Shown here: positions 1 to 9,001 of the stretch, one piece after another
How the letters are laid out: each line of letters begins with the position of its first letter
Numbering within the stretch: position 1 is the stretch's first letter
Virus record (IMG/VR): IMGVR_UViG_3300037634_006342
Span: 1-33,044 of that record
DNA: 33,044 bases
Strand: one strand, 5' to 3'
DNA from: a virus
Taxonomy: Duplodnaviria; Caudoviricetes
Notes under the pieces: generated by a model
What the model was told of the DNA's origin: nothing
The model's input: only the letters and a program-made list of their open reading frames with translations
Database searches by the model: none
Made by a program: the position numbers and the translations under genes

Positions 1-981
1 TCTAAGGGCGTAATATTTTTCCCCCGTGGCGGCGACACATGCCCACGGATGATTATTGAGGCAAAGCTGCTTGATTGTGAATTAATTCTTAACGACAACG
101 TTCAACACAAAGACGAAGAGTGGTTCCGGACGAGAGAAAAAACACTAAATTACTTAAAACAAAGAACTGAGGTTTTTTGGGCAGAGATAGAAGACGTGGC
201 TGCGGAGTGCCTATATCTACCCAAAGCACAACAGACGAAAGAAGAGACTCATTTTAAGATCATAACTCCTTTTTACAATTGTGAGTCGTGGATTGCAAAA
301 TGCATTGCAAGTGTGAAGCGGCAAAATTACGATAATTTTGAGTGTGTTTTAATTGATGATCTTTCGACAGACGGCTCCGTTGCTGTGGTTGAGAAGAGCA
401 TAAAAGATGATAATAGGTTTACGCTGATTAAAAATGGTAAGAAAAGGTACGCTCTCGGGAATATTGTAGAAGCAATAAGAAGTCTTGAGTGCAATGATGA
501 GGATGTGGTTATTCTTCTGGATGGCGATGATTGGCTTTCGTCGGCTAATGTCCTGAGCGAGCTAGACAGTACGTATGAGGATTGCTTGATGACTTACGGC
601 AGCTATGCGCTAAACCCAGGAGGCCAACGAGGTCCCGAGCCCTCTGAGTACCCTAGAGAGGTGGTTGAGAATAACTCCTTTAGGAGGGACCGATGGCGTG
701 CATCGCACCTTAGGTCTTTTAAGCACAAGCTATGGAAAAAAATAGAAAATAAAGATTTAAAAGACAAAGATGGTGGGTACTATAAGATGGCTTATGACCA
801 AGCTATTATGCTGCCGTTATTAGAACTGGCCGCTGAGAGATCAAAATACATTTTCAACATTATGCATATCTACAACAAAGACAATCCTCTGAACGTTGAC
901 AAAATTAAAGCAAAGCAGCAGAGTAATCTGGCTCAACAAATTCGCCAGAAGTCGCCGTATGTGAGGATGGGGCATGAATAA
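1..981 (+). CDS. 5'-truncated glycosyltransferase fusion: GT-B/GT4-like C-terminal part followed by a GT2 domain
   Basis: Frame +1 is open from base 1 (SKGVIFFPRGGDTCPRMIIEAKLLDC, a GT4-type acidic-x7-E motif), so the gene begins outside the window and the ATG at 49 is internal. The GT2 motifs follow: IITPFYN, CIASVKRQNY, IDDLSTDGS, ILLDGDDWL. Confidence 0.85.
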   Translation, partial: SKGVIFFPRGGDTCPRMIIEAKLLDCELILNDNVQHKDEEWFRTREKTLNYLKQRTEVFWAEIEDVAAECLYLPKAQQTKEETHFKIITPFYNCESWIAKCIASVKRQNYDNFECVLIDDLSTDGSVAVVEKSIKDDNRFTLIKNGKKRYALGNIVEAIRSLECNDEDVVILLDGDDWLSSANVLSELDSTYEDCLMTYGSYALNPGGQRGPEPSEYPREVVENNSFRRDRWRASHLRSFKHKLWKKIENKDLKDKDGGYYKMAYDQAIMLPLLELAAERSKYIFNIMHIYNKDNPLNVDKIKAKQQSNLAQQIRQKSPYVRMGHE

Positions 982-1825
982 GCGTGATGTTGGAATCATA
1001 GGGAATGGTTTTGTGGGATCTGCTGTCATTAGCGGTTTTTCCCTACACACAAATATTAGGATTTATGATATAGATCCTAATAAAGCCACTCATTCCCTAC
1101 AGGATGTGATTAATCTGTCTAAGTTTGTTTTTGTCTCGGTGCCCACCCCCATGAAAGACGCACTAGGGGGGGCTATAGACACGACTATTTTAGATTCGGT
1201 TTTAAAGCAGATTTCGCAACTTAACAAACGAGAAGATAATATTTTTATAATTAAATCTACGGTGATACCTGGGACGGTTGAAAGGCTTGTTGAGAGGTAT
1301 CCCCATCTTAACATTGTCTACAGCCCTGAGTTTTTAACTGAGCGGAGTGCAAGGTTGGATTTTATTAACGCATCTCGTGTTATTTTAGGGGGCAAGAATC
1401 ACCTTTTGGAAGAGATTGAACAACTTTTTAGGATTAGGTTCCCTTACCTTAGAATTATTAAAACAGATATAACAACGGCTCAATTCATAAAATATATGGC
1501 TAATTGCTTTTTTGCGACAAAAGTCTCTTTCGTGAATGAGATGAAGCAGGGGGCAGATGCTTTGGGAATTGAGTGGCATGATGTTATGCATGGTTTTGTT
1601 TCTGATGGAAGAATCGGAAATTCTCATTTAGATGTTCCCGGACATGACGGCCACAATGGATTCGGGGGTAAATGCTTTCCAAAAGATTTGAATGCGTTTA
1701 TAGCTTTGTTCGAAGATATTAATATTGAACCTACGGTGATGCGTGCTGTTTGGGAGAAGAACTTAGAAGTTCGCGATGAGTACGACTGGAAACACATCAA
1801 TGGAGCCGTTAGTGAGGATTCATGA
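974..1825 (+). CDS. ugd: UDP-glucose/GDP-mannose dehydrogenase family protein, short form lacking the C-terminal domain
   Basis: Rossmann GIIGNGFVG, FVSVPTP, IKSTVIPGT, PEFLTE, KYMANCFFATKVSFVNE and catalytic GFGGKCFPKD; only 283 aa; 8-bp overlap with the upstream gene. Confidence 0.88.
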   Translation: MNKRDVGIIGNGFVGSAVISGFSLHTNIRIYDIDPNKATHSLQDVINLSKFVFVSVPTPMKDALGGAIDTTILDSVLKQISQLNKREDNIFIIKSTVIPGTVERLVERYPHLNIVYSPEFLTERSARLDFINASRVILGGKNHLLEEIEQLFRIRFPYLRIIKTDITTAQFIKYMANCFFATKVSFVNEMKQGADALGIEWHDVMHGFVSDGRIGNSHLDVPGHDGHNGFGGKCFPKDLNAFIALFEDINIEPTVMRAVWEKNLEVRDEYDWKHINGAVSEDS

Positions 1826-1828
1826 AGT

Positions 1829-2734
1829 ATGAATTTGCACCTAGAAAATATTAACCTTCGTAGCACGGCAGGGCCAAATCACTTTGGGTCTAAGCTCATG
1901 AAGTATATGCTTAAAGAGGGTGTGACTTTTGACATACACAATAAGCCTGATGCTATTTTGTGCTTTATAGAAAGCACAAGAGGAGCCTTCGGGGAGACCC
2001 CCCTCATACAGCGGCTAGACAATATATATTTCAATACGGAACAAAATTATAAAGCTCAGAATGCGAACATCAAGAGAACATATGATGGTGCCGCTGGGGT
2101 TGTATTTCAGTCCGAGTACAGCCAGAATCTTATTACGAGATGGTTCGGTCATCACCCGAAGTCTGTGGTGATTCACAATGGTGCTGATATTGAATACATT
2201 GGTTCGGCCAGACCATTTCAGCACTCAAGGATTGACAAGTATGAAAAAATTTGGTGTTGCGCAGCATCATGGCGCCCACATAAGAGGCTAGAAGAGAATG
2301 TTAAATACTTCCTTGAACACGCTGGCGAAGACGACTGTTTAATAGTAGCTGGTGCTGGGTTCGAGCGAATACATAAGAGCGATCGGATATTGTATGTTGG
2401 CGAATTAAATATCGCACAGTTAACTTCTCTGTATAAAAGGGCTGATTACTTTGTGCATCTTGCATATTTGGATTGTTGCCCCAATGTGGTAGTAGACGCT
2501 AGGGCGGCTGGGTGTAAAATAATTTGCGCTTCTTCGGGAGGGTCTAGAGAGGTGGCGGGGGCTGAGGCAGTTATTATTCAAGAAGAAGAGTGGAACTATG
2601 AACCGATAAAGCTTTACTCGCCACCTAAGTTGGATTTCGATAAAAAGGTTAAAAATGGTTATGAGATGAAGTATGATATGGCTGACGTTGCTAGGTTTTA
2701 TATGGATTTTCTGGAGTCGTTTTATGAAAGTTAA
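1829..2734 (+). CDS. GT4-family (GT-B) glycosyltransferase
   Basis: VVFQSEYS, VIHNGAD, SWRPHKRL and LYKRADYFVHLAYLDCCPNVVVDARAAGCKIICASSGG (D-x7-D variant of the E-x7-E motif). Confidence 0.85.
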   Translation: MNLHLENINLRSTAGPNHFGSKLMKYMLKEGVTFDIHNKPDAILCFIESTRGAFGETPLIQRLDNIYFNTEQNYKAQNANIKRTYDGAAGVVFQSEYSQNLITRWFGHHPKSVVIHNGADIEYIGSARPFQHSRIDKYEKIWCCAASWRPHKRLEENVKYFLEHAGEDDCLIVAGAGFERIHKSDRILYVGELNIAQLTSLYKRADYFVHLAYLDCCPNVVVDARAAGCKIICASSGGSREVAGAEAVIIQEEEWNYEPIKLYSPPKLDFDKKVKNGYEMKYDMADVARFYMDFLESFYES

Positions 2735-3983
2735 TTATTTTGATCTTGGGTCCTGTGAGGGGGTAGAGCTACTATGGATGGCGGGGCAGATACTTCCTTC
2801 TTTAAAGGTTGAGAATTTTTCTATCTATGGCTTTGAGGCATCGAAACCGTATGCGGATGGACTTAAAAGTAGGTTTAAGCTTAACCCAAATATTACTATT
2901 TGTCATAAAGCGATTAGCGATACTGAAGAGGAGATCAGGTTATATCACGCATCTAACGGTCTGGGGCACTCTATTTTTTCCACGAAAAATAATGTCTCAA
3001 AGGATAGGTTTGAGAGAGTAGAGTCAATCAGGTTCTCTAAGTGGATAGAAGAAAATAATATCGATTTAGAGTCGAGCTTCAATATAATGAAGGTAAATAT
3101 TGAAGGGGCCGAATGGCACTTGTTTAGAGATTTGATAGAGAATGACTTGGTTAAACATTTTGATATTTTCTGCGGAGCGGGGCACGATATTGAGAAGATC
3201 GAAGAGCTATCCCCTCATGTAGAGGAGTATTATTCTTTATTGGAAGAGAATAACATCCAGACCCACAGGTTCAGCGAGTGGAAGCCAGAGCGGAACGCTG
3301 ATATTAGACAATTGATTCTCGATACTTTACCTTTGAAGTGGAGCGGGAATATTGAGGATATAGAGGTCTCACCCAACCACAGAGAGATATGGGAGGGTGT
3401 GGCATTACCTGTCCAAGAAAGAAAGGCTCACAATCATAATCTCCCCACAGAGAGGGCATTAAGATGCTTTGACGAACTATCCAAGAGACCAAGTTATCTG
3501 TGTAATATTGCTCGTCTTAACGGAGTGAAGAATATCGTTGAAGTCGGCACGGCACAGGGGCTGCAATTTTTTTCATTTGCTGAGTATGTTAAAGAGGCGA
3601 AGAATGATGGTCATGTTTGGAGTTGCGATATAGTGGATGTTCGTAATAAAGAATATAGTGAAAAATACAAAGAGTATACCACCTTCTTTTTAGGTAATAG
3701 TGAGAAATTATCTTCTGTTTTGGAAGAAGCAGAGGCAAAAATAGATTTATTTTACATTGACGGCGCTCACGACAAGGGCGATGTCGTGAGAGATGTTTAT
3801 CATCTTAGAAAGCACCAGTCAGAAGATCCAATTTGGATTTTTGATGATTTCGATGATAGGTTTGGGTGTTATGAGGATATATCTGCGCTTGTGAAGATTA
3901 ATCCTAAATTTAGAGCCTATAGGGTTGGGGACGCCGCCTCTGGAAATCCAAACCATCAAGTTATTATTTTTGGAAGATTATAA
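2724..3983 (+). CDS. Double methyltransferase fusion: FkbM-family domain plus class I SAM (Methyltransf_24-like) domain
   Basis: Likely start is the ATG at 2724 after GGAG at 2713-2716. FkbM motifs FDLGSCEG, IYGFEA, MKVNIEGAEW; second domain IVEVGTAQG, WSCDI, IDLFYIDGAH, IFDD. Confidence 0.75.
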   Translation: MKVNYFDLGSCEGVELLWMAGQILPSLKVENFSIYGFEASKPYADGLKSRFKLNPNITICHKAISDTEEEIRLYHASNGLGHSIFSTKNNVSKDRFERVESIRFSKWIEENNIDLESSFNIMKVNIEGAEWHLFRDLIENDLVKHFDIFCGAGHDIEKIEELSPHVEEYYSLLEENNIQTHRFSEWKPERNADIRQLILDTLPLKWSGNIEDIEVSPNHREIWEGVALPVQERKAHNHNLPTERALRCFDELSKRPSYLCNIARLNGVKNIVEVGTAQGLQFFSFAEYVKEAKNDGHVWSCDIVDVRNKEYSEKYKEYTTFFLGNSEKLSSVLEEAEAKIDLFYIDGAHDKGDVVRDVYHLRKHQSEDPIWIFDDFDDRFGCYEDISALVKINPKFRAYRVGDAASGNPNHQVIIFGRL

Positions 3984-3993
3984 GGGAGGACAC

Positions 3994-5235
3994 ATGATAG
4001 AAAGTTTAGATTTTGAGACTCTGGAGTTTAATTCCAGAAAGCAAGTGCTTGTAGGCACAGACACGACAGGTAAGTTTCTTATCAAGATAGAGGTCGTAAA
4101 GAACAGCAATAAAGAAAGAGACATTCAGGAAGAGTACGAAATATTAAAGCACCTAAATGACAGTGGATGCAATACGTGTCCGGTGGCACACGAACTGGGT
4201 GTTATTTCGAAGGACGACATAAGCTCTAAGGTGAAGGAAAAAGAGATATTAGACGCCACTGGTAAGTCGGACTTCTATTACATAATCCAAGATTATTTAC
4301 CTGATAGGGGTGATTACACTTTAGCTGACATAATTCTAACGCTAATTGAGCAAAAAAAGCTAGGAGTCTATCAAGGAGACGTAAAGCGACAGAATATTAG
4401 ATTCGATCCTGCAAAGAAGATATGCTATTTCATTGATTATGATCAGGCTATTACTCTAAGCCCAGAACAGGTGGAGCTAGATAATACTAGCTTTTTAGAA
4501 CTTTGTTCCGATTATGATAAGAAGCATGGTTTTGGAGATTGGCTTCGCCATTTTCCAAAGTATGACGCAGAAGACGTGAGTAAATTATTTGTCGAGGAAG
4601 CTTTTAATCTTGGGCAAACAACGATATTTAAAACGCAAAATACGACCAATACCGACAGTGGTATGTATCATGCCATCAGAGAGAAGGATATTTTTATAGA
4701 TGGCCCAAGAGATATCAATGTGAGGGCAAACTTACTAGATCAAGTGGAGTTTCGCCCTAATGAGCAAGTACTGGATATTGGCTGTAATGCAGGGCTGCTC
4801 AGTTGGTATTTAGAGGATCGCGAGTGTGAGGTTATCGGAGTGGATAATGACCCCCACATCATAGTTGCGGCTAGAATTATATCAAACATTTTAGGGAGAA
4901 ATGCGTCTTATTATTATTTGGACGTGGACAAGGTGGATGAAATCAATGGATTTGATACAGTCATGCTCTTCTCAGTTCTCCATCATACGAGAGACATAGC
5001 CAAGAATGCAAAGAAAATTAGTGCTTCGTGTTCTAGAATAATTTTGGAGGCGAGGCCTGTGGAGAACGGAAAACAGCCTGTGTCGGCTGGCCATTGGAGA
5101 TCATCCTCTAACTGGTCGTTTGGTGGTGTGGATGAATTAGTGAATTATTGTGAGAGCATATTTACGGGGTTTAAGCTTAGGAAGAATTTGGGGATAGGTT
5201 CTAAAAATCGCTATATACTGGAGTTTGTAAAGTGA
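3994..5235 (+). CDS. Protein-kinase-like (sugar kinase) domain fused to a C-terminal SAM methyltransferase; WbdD-like with reversed domain order
   Basis: Start at ATG 3994 after SD GGGAGGA (3984-3990). Kinase motifs FLIKIE, IQEEYEILKHL, YQGDVKRQNI, FIDYDQA; methyltransferase motifs VLDIGCNAG, VIGVD, FDTVMLFSVLHH. Confidence 0.75.
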   Translation: MIESLDFETLEFNSRKQVLVGTDTTGKFLIKIEVVKNSNKERDIQEEYEILKHLNDSGCNTCPVAHELGVISKDDISSKVKEKEILDATGKSDFYYIIQDYLPDRGDYTLADIILTLIEQKKLGVYQGDVKRQNIRFDPAKKICYFIDYDQAITLSPEQVELDNTSFLELCSDYDKKHGFGDWLRHFPKYDAEDVSKLFVEEAFNLGQTTIFKTQNTTNTDSGMYHAIREKDIFIDGPRDINVRANLLDQVEFRPNEQVLDIGCNAGLLSWYLEDRECEVIGVDNDPHIIVAARIISNILGRNASYYYLDVDKVDEINGFDTVMLFSVLHHTRDIAKNAKKISASCSRIILEARPVENGKQPVSAGHWRSSSNWSFGGVDELVNYCESIFTGFKLRKNLGIGSKNRYILEFVK

Positions 5236-5417
5236 GAGATGTCGCAAATGTCGCAATTAAAAAAATATGCAGCAAGCTAGTGAATCATGATAATTATGGG
5301 CGTATGGTTAGCAACATAATAGAAAAATCTAAGCTGTTTTCTCAACAATCATTTGCAGACAGTTATTCAAAAGCGTTGGATACTGTCGTCGGGGGAACTA
5401 GTGAAGATCGCTTTTAA
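5232..5417 (+). pseudogene. Probable orphan C-terminal helices of a GT-B glycosyltransferase
   Basis: 61-aa ORF (KLVNHDNYGRMVSNIIEKSKLFSQQSFADSY) resembles the terminal helices of GT4 enzymes. It starts at a tandem 9-bp duplication ATGTCGCAA (5239-5256) and contains the SD of the next gene. Confidence 0.45.
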
Positions 5418-6372
5418 TACGTCACAGCCAAATGCTCCGTGCTCTATGGTTTATTCTGCTGCTCTCCGCGATTTAGAGGGACTAACTCTTTATGACGGAA
5501 ACCTTTCTTCATATGATGTCGGGCTATTCATGACATATGATCATAAAATTATAAAAGCAGTCAGGCAAAAATTCCCCAACCTCAAGATAGGGCTTATCGA
5601 TCCGCGCAGCAATGATGTTTTCGAGAGTACACAATATTGTGATTTTCTTATTATCGATAGCATCGAGATGGAGGATTACTGGCGAAAATCGCGCAAGCCT
5701 CTCTTTAGTTATGTTGAATATCCAGACATTCCTGACTTAAAGAAGAGGCACGAGAAGAAAGACAAGGTGGTAATTGGCTACCACGGTAACCAGATACACC
5801 TAGAGTGCATGGCACATAATATCACCCCCGCGCTCACGGCGCTTGGAGAAGAGTATAATTTAGAATTATTAATTATGCACAACGGTCATCCGCCAACTGG
5901 TAAAGAATCGTGGCACCCAGAAAATATATCTGTTAGGCACATCCCGTGGAGCATGGAAAACTATACAAAAGAGTTATCGAAGTCAGATATTGGCATCGTG
6001 CCGAATAACATGATTCACGACACCAGCACGAAACACCTCACTAGCACCAACAATAGTTTTAATTATAGTGAGGACGACTATTCGCTGAGATTCAAGATGC
6101 CCTCAAACCCAGGGAGACTTGTTATTTTTGGAAAGATGGGCATACCTGTTGTAGCAGACTTTTACCCATCGGCCTTGCAGCTTTTGCAGAATGGCACAGG
6201 CTTTGTTGCTCACAACCCGGCTGGCTGGTACTATTGTTTGGAACAACTAATAACCTCTAAAGATATGCGACAAGAAATGGGAAACAACCTTCAAAATTTA
6301 GTAAAAGAAAAATTTGATTTCGAAACACAGAATAAAAAATTAGTTTCTTTTTTGGCAAATCTTGAGAGGTAA
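5401..6372 (+). CDS. GT-B (GT4-like) glycosyltransferase
   Basis: Likely GTG start at 5401 after GGGGGA. Motifs VVIGYHGN, IPWSMEN, LSKSDIGIVP, PSNPGRLVIFGKMGIPVVAD, GFVAHNPAGW..LEQLITS..MRQEMG. Confidence 0.72.
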   Translation: MKIAFNTSQPNAPCSMVYSAALRDLEGLTLYDGNLSSYDVGLFMTYDHKIIKAVRQKFPNLKIGLIDPRSNDVFESTQYCDFLIIDSIEMEDYWRKSRKPLFSYVEYPDIPDLKKRHEKKDKVVIGYHGNQIHLECMAHNITPALTALGEEYNLELLIMHNGHPPTGKESWHPENISVRHIPWSMENYTKELSKSDIGIVPNNMIHDTSTKHLTSTNNSFNYSEDDYSLRFKMPSNPGRLVIFGKMGIPVVADFYPSALQLLQNGTGFVAHNPAGWYYCLEQLITSKDMRQEMGNNLQNLVKEKFDFETQNKKLVSFLANLER

Positions 6373-6379
6373 AGAACGT

Positions 6380-7279
6380 TCATAGCGAATTATCTTTAAC
6401 CCCAGGCGCATAATTTTGTAAATGCCTTGAGCCGTACTGATTATGGTACCCCTCATCAACAGTCTTAAAATCATATATGTCGTACTCACAATGAATCTTA
6501 ACAAACAAACTGTTTAAAATATTATCCCCCCATCGATACTTGTATATTCCACCGTATTTATTGACAGCACCCATCCACTGCTTCCATTCTTTGGTTTCAA
6601 ACAGCCTCATTTTAAAAATGTAAGAATCCCCACTTGGAAAGAAATGAAAATTCTTATCGCTATCTGGGTCTTTAAGTAAATCTTGCATCCATTTGGACTT
6701 CGGCTCAATGTTAAAATGTTTTATGTAGCCTCGTATAAACTTCCATAGATTGAGTCTTGTATCAAAAGTGCCCTGATGTGGCTTTTTTACATGTTGATCA
6801 AGAACTTTTATTGCACCAACAAGCTCTTCACGGCCCTCCATAACTTCAAAAAAATCGTAAGGAAGTTCCTTTTCAAAGGTCGACTCATCATCAATACTCA
6901 AAACATAATCATATTTCTCAAATTCTGTCTTCGGATATCCATAAAAATTGGCCAAAAAATGACACATATGTAGGTATCCTTTTCGACTTATAGGAAATTG
7001 CGTTCTTGAATACCACAAGTCATTTCTATTATAAAACATCTCCTCCTCCGGGACATGCTCTGGGCTCTTATACGGCACAGATATAAAATGCACATTCTCA
7101 CTGGTCGCAGACCTAATGCTTCTCCTAAAGTTTTCGTCATCATATATGTCATCAAAATAATAAACGTAAACAGGATAGTCATACTTGTGGTTATAATTGT
7201 TCCAAAGTGATTCTATACAAGGCTTTATACACTTTTCTCTTGATGAAAGTATGTTAATACATGCGCTAAATTTCTTCAT
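6380..7279 (-). CDS. GT15-family (Kre2/Mnt1-type alpha-1,2-mannosyltransferase-like) glycosyltransferase
   Basis: GYLHMCHF matches the GT15 YRHMCRF motif and GGIYKYRWGDNILNSL matches GGF.YERWGDA; also NHKYDYPVYVY and an acidic motif SIDDES. No N-terminal membrane anchor. Confidence 0.75.
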   Translation of the reverse strand: MKKFSACINILSSREKCIKPCIESLWNNYNHKYDYPVYVYYFDDIYDDENFRRSIRSATSENVHFISVPYKSPEHVPEEEMFYNRNDLWYSRTQFPISRKGYLHMCHFLANFYGYPKTEFEKYDYVLSIDDESTFEKELPYDFFEVMEGREELVGAIKVLDQHVKKPHQGTFDTRLNLWKFIRGYIKHFNIEPKSKWMQDLLKDPDSDKNFHFFPSGDSYIFKMRLFETKEWKQWMGAVNKYGGIYKYRWGDNILNSLFVKIHCEYDIYDFKTVDEGYHNQYGSRHLQNYAPGVKDNSL

Positions 7280-7308
7280 TTCATTACTCCTAAGCTGTCT
7301 AAATTATA
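7276..7308. repeat. 33-bp direct repeat, copy 1 (copy 2 at 8051-8083)
   Basis: tcatttcattactcctaagctgtctaaattata versus tcacttcattactcccaagctgtctaaatcata, 30/33 identical; both encode Y(N/D)LDSLGVMK-stop on the minus strand. Confidence 0.92.
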
Positions 7309-8046
7309 ATTCTTGGGCTTTTGATATATACTGTAGTTTATTATAGTTTTATTATTGCTCATAAATAGATAATCTGCCCACCATCCCGGACTATGGGGCT
7401 CTTGTGTGTTGAAAGTTTTAACTTCACTCCAGTTTTTTACTTTTTTTAATTTGTAAGAACTAGGAAAAGTTTTATCCCAAAAAATATCTTCAAAGTAATA
7501 GTTAAAAGATGTATCTGTAAGGCTGTTGATACCTTTTTTAATTGAAACATTTGACATTATTAGATGGCCGCCCGGTTTGATAATTTCTATCACCTTAGTT
7601 AAAAATTTTTCGATATCAAGTGAGTACCCTAGTGTGTCAAAACAAGTCACAAAATCGTAAGTATCTGTGAGATCGTAGATACTTGAATAGTGTGGAACTT
7701 TGTTTATTTTTTTTGAGTAATTACTAAACTTGCTATCAACTTCGACTGCTGAGACAGATTTAAATTTGGAGTTACATTCTTTGACAAAAAGACCGGCGGC
7801 GGAGCCTATATCTACTCCTTCGCTCTCACTATTTAAAATATATTTTAATAAATTTATGCGAGATCTAAAAACTTTTCTCCGCCATTTTTCACCATCTAAA
7901 TAAATTTTTAGATGATCCCCTTCCCACTTTGTACCTTTTGAACTCCATTCTGACTTATGTTTTTTGCGTGTAAAGCCACAATTAGAACAACTAAAGTAGC
8001 TACTCTTGATTCTTGTTAATCCCCTTTTGCATAATTCACAATTCAT
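7276..8046 (-). CDS. Class I SAM methyltransferase with N-terminal Zn ribbon
   Basis: CELC...CSNC at the N terminus; VDIGSAAGLF, YDFVTCFDTL, IIKPGGHL; visibly AT-rich. Confidence 0.8.
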   Translation of the reverse strand: MNCELCKRGLTRIKSSYFSCSNCGFTRKKHKSEWSSKGTKWEGDHLKIYLDGEKWRRKVFRSRINLLKYILNSESEGVDIGSAAGLFVKECNSKFKSVSAVEVDSKFSNYSKKINKVPHYSSIYDLTDTYDFVTCFDTLGYSLDIEKFLTKVIEIIKPGGHLIMSNVSIKKGINSLTDTSFNYYFEDIFWDKTFPSSYKLKKVKNWSEVKTFNTQEPHSPGWWADYLFMSNNKTIINYSIYQKPKNYNLDSLGVMK

Positions 8047-8050
8047 TTTT

Positions 8051-8083
8051 TCACTTCATTACTCCCAAGCTGTCTAAATCATA
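8051..8083. repeat. 33-bp direct repeat, copy 2 (3' end of the epimerase gene)
   Basis: 30/33 identical to 7276-7308. Confidence 0.92.
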
Positions 8084-9001
8084 TTTCGAAACCCAGTTAA
8101 TATATTTTTGCAATCCGATCTCTATAGAATACTTATTAACATGACCATAGTGTTTCATTTTCTCTGTATTGCTGTTTAATTTTTTGACCTCTCCGGGACG
8201 GGGATCGACATGCATTATATTAGATTTCGAATTAGATAATTCAATAATGATTTTTGCAATATTATTAATACTATAATCCTTGCCAAATCCTGTATTGACA
8301 ACCTCTCCCGCAGGAATATCTTTAGCTATCATATAGCCTTCTATAACATCTTCGATATATTGATAATCGCGAGTTTGTTCGCCGTCGCCATAAACAATTA
8401 ATGGCTTTCCATCTAGCGCTCGTCGGACGAAGATAGCTATTACCGAACCATACCCCGATGATTTTTGACGTGGGCCAAAAGTATTAAAATTTCTAACAAC
8501 CCTAACATTAGTATTATAGGTATGATAATAGGACACACACAGTGATTCAGCAGCAACTTTTGATGCAGCATAAGGAGATTGAGGTCTAAGGGGCGATAAT
8601 TCGCTGTGTGGGCCCGATGCCTCACCATAAACCTCAGCCGAAGAAGCCATCGTCATCGATAAGTGTTTATAACGGGTACAAATATCTAATACATTTTTTG
8701 TTCCCTGTAGATTAATTTTAAGAGTTTCGTCCGGACGGATAATCGATTTTTCGACATGTATTTGAGCCGCTAAGTGAAATATATAATCGCAGTCCATTGC
8801 CAGTTCTTTTAGAAGTTCCTTATCTAATACACTTCCCTCTACAAAATAAAAGTTTTCATGATTAAAAAAACCTCTAATATTATTTAAATTTCCATTATAA
8901 AAATTGTCCAAACATACAACTTGGTGTCCTTCGCTAATTAATCTTTCGCATAAATGAGAGCCAATAAATCCGGCACCTCCGGTAACTAAATATTTAGACA
9001 T
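8051..9001 (-). CDS. NAD-dependent NDP-sugar epimerase/dehydratase (extended SDR)
   Basis: YLVTGGAGFIGSHL, IFHLAAQ, ASSAEVYG, SPYAASK (YxxxK), RNFNTFGPRQ, GDGEQTRDY. Confidence 0.9.
   Translation of the reverse strand: MSKYLVTGGAGFIGSHLCERLISEGHQVVCLDNFYNGNLNNIRGFFNHENFYFVEGSVLDKELLKELAMDCDYIFHLAAQIHVEKSIIRPDETLKINLQGTKNVLDICTRYKHLSMTMASSAEVYGEASGPHSELSPLRPQSPYAASKVAAESLCVSYYHTYNTNVRVVRNFNTFGPRQKSSGYGSVIAIFVRRALDGKPLIVYGDGEQTRDYQYIEDVIEGYMIAKDIPAGEVVNTGFGKDYSINNIAKIIIELSNSKSNIMHVDPRPGEVKKLNSNTEKMKHYGHVNKYSIEIGLQKYINWVSKYDLDSLGVMK

Noticed and set aside
2673-5400. ORF-track starts at 2673, 3925 and 5353
   Set aside because: They overlap upstream genes extensively; downstream starts at 2724, 3994 and 5401 have SD motifs and match the domain boundaries.
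6380-7279. Eukaryotic or giant-virus origin suggested by GT15
   Set aside because: SD motifs, overlapping operonic genes, peptidoglycan-targeting domains and baseplate genes point to a bacteriophage.
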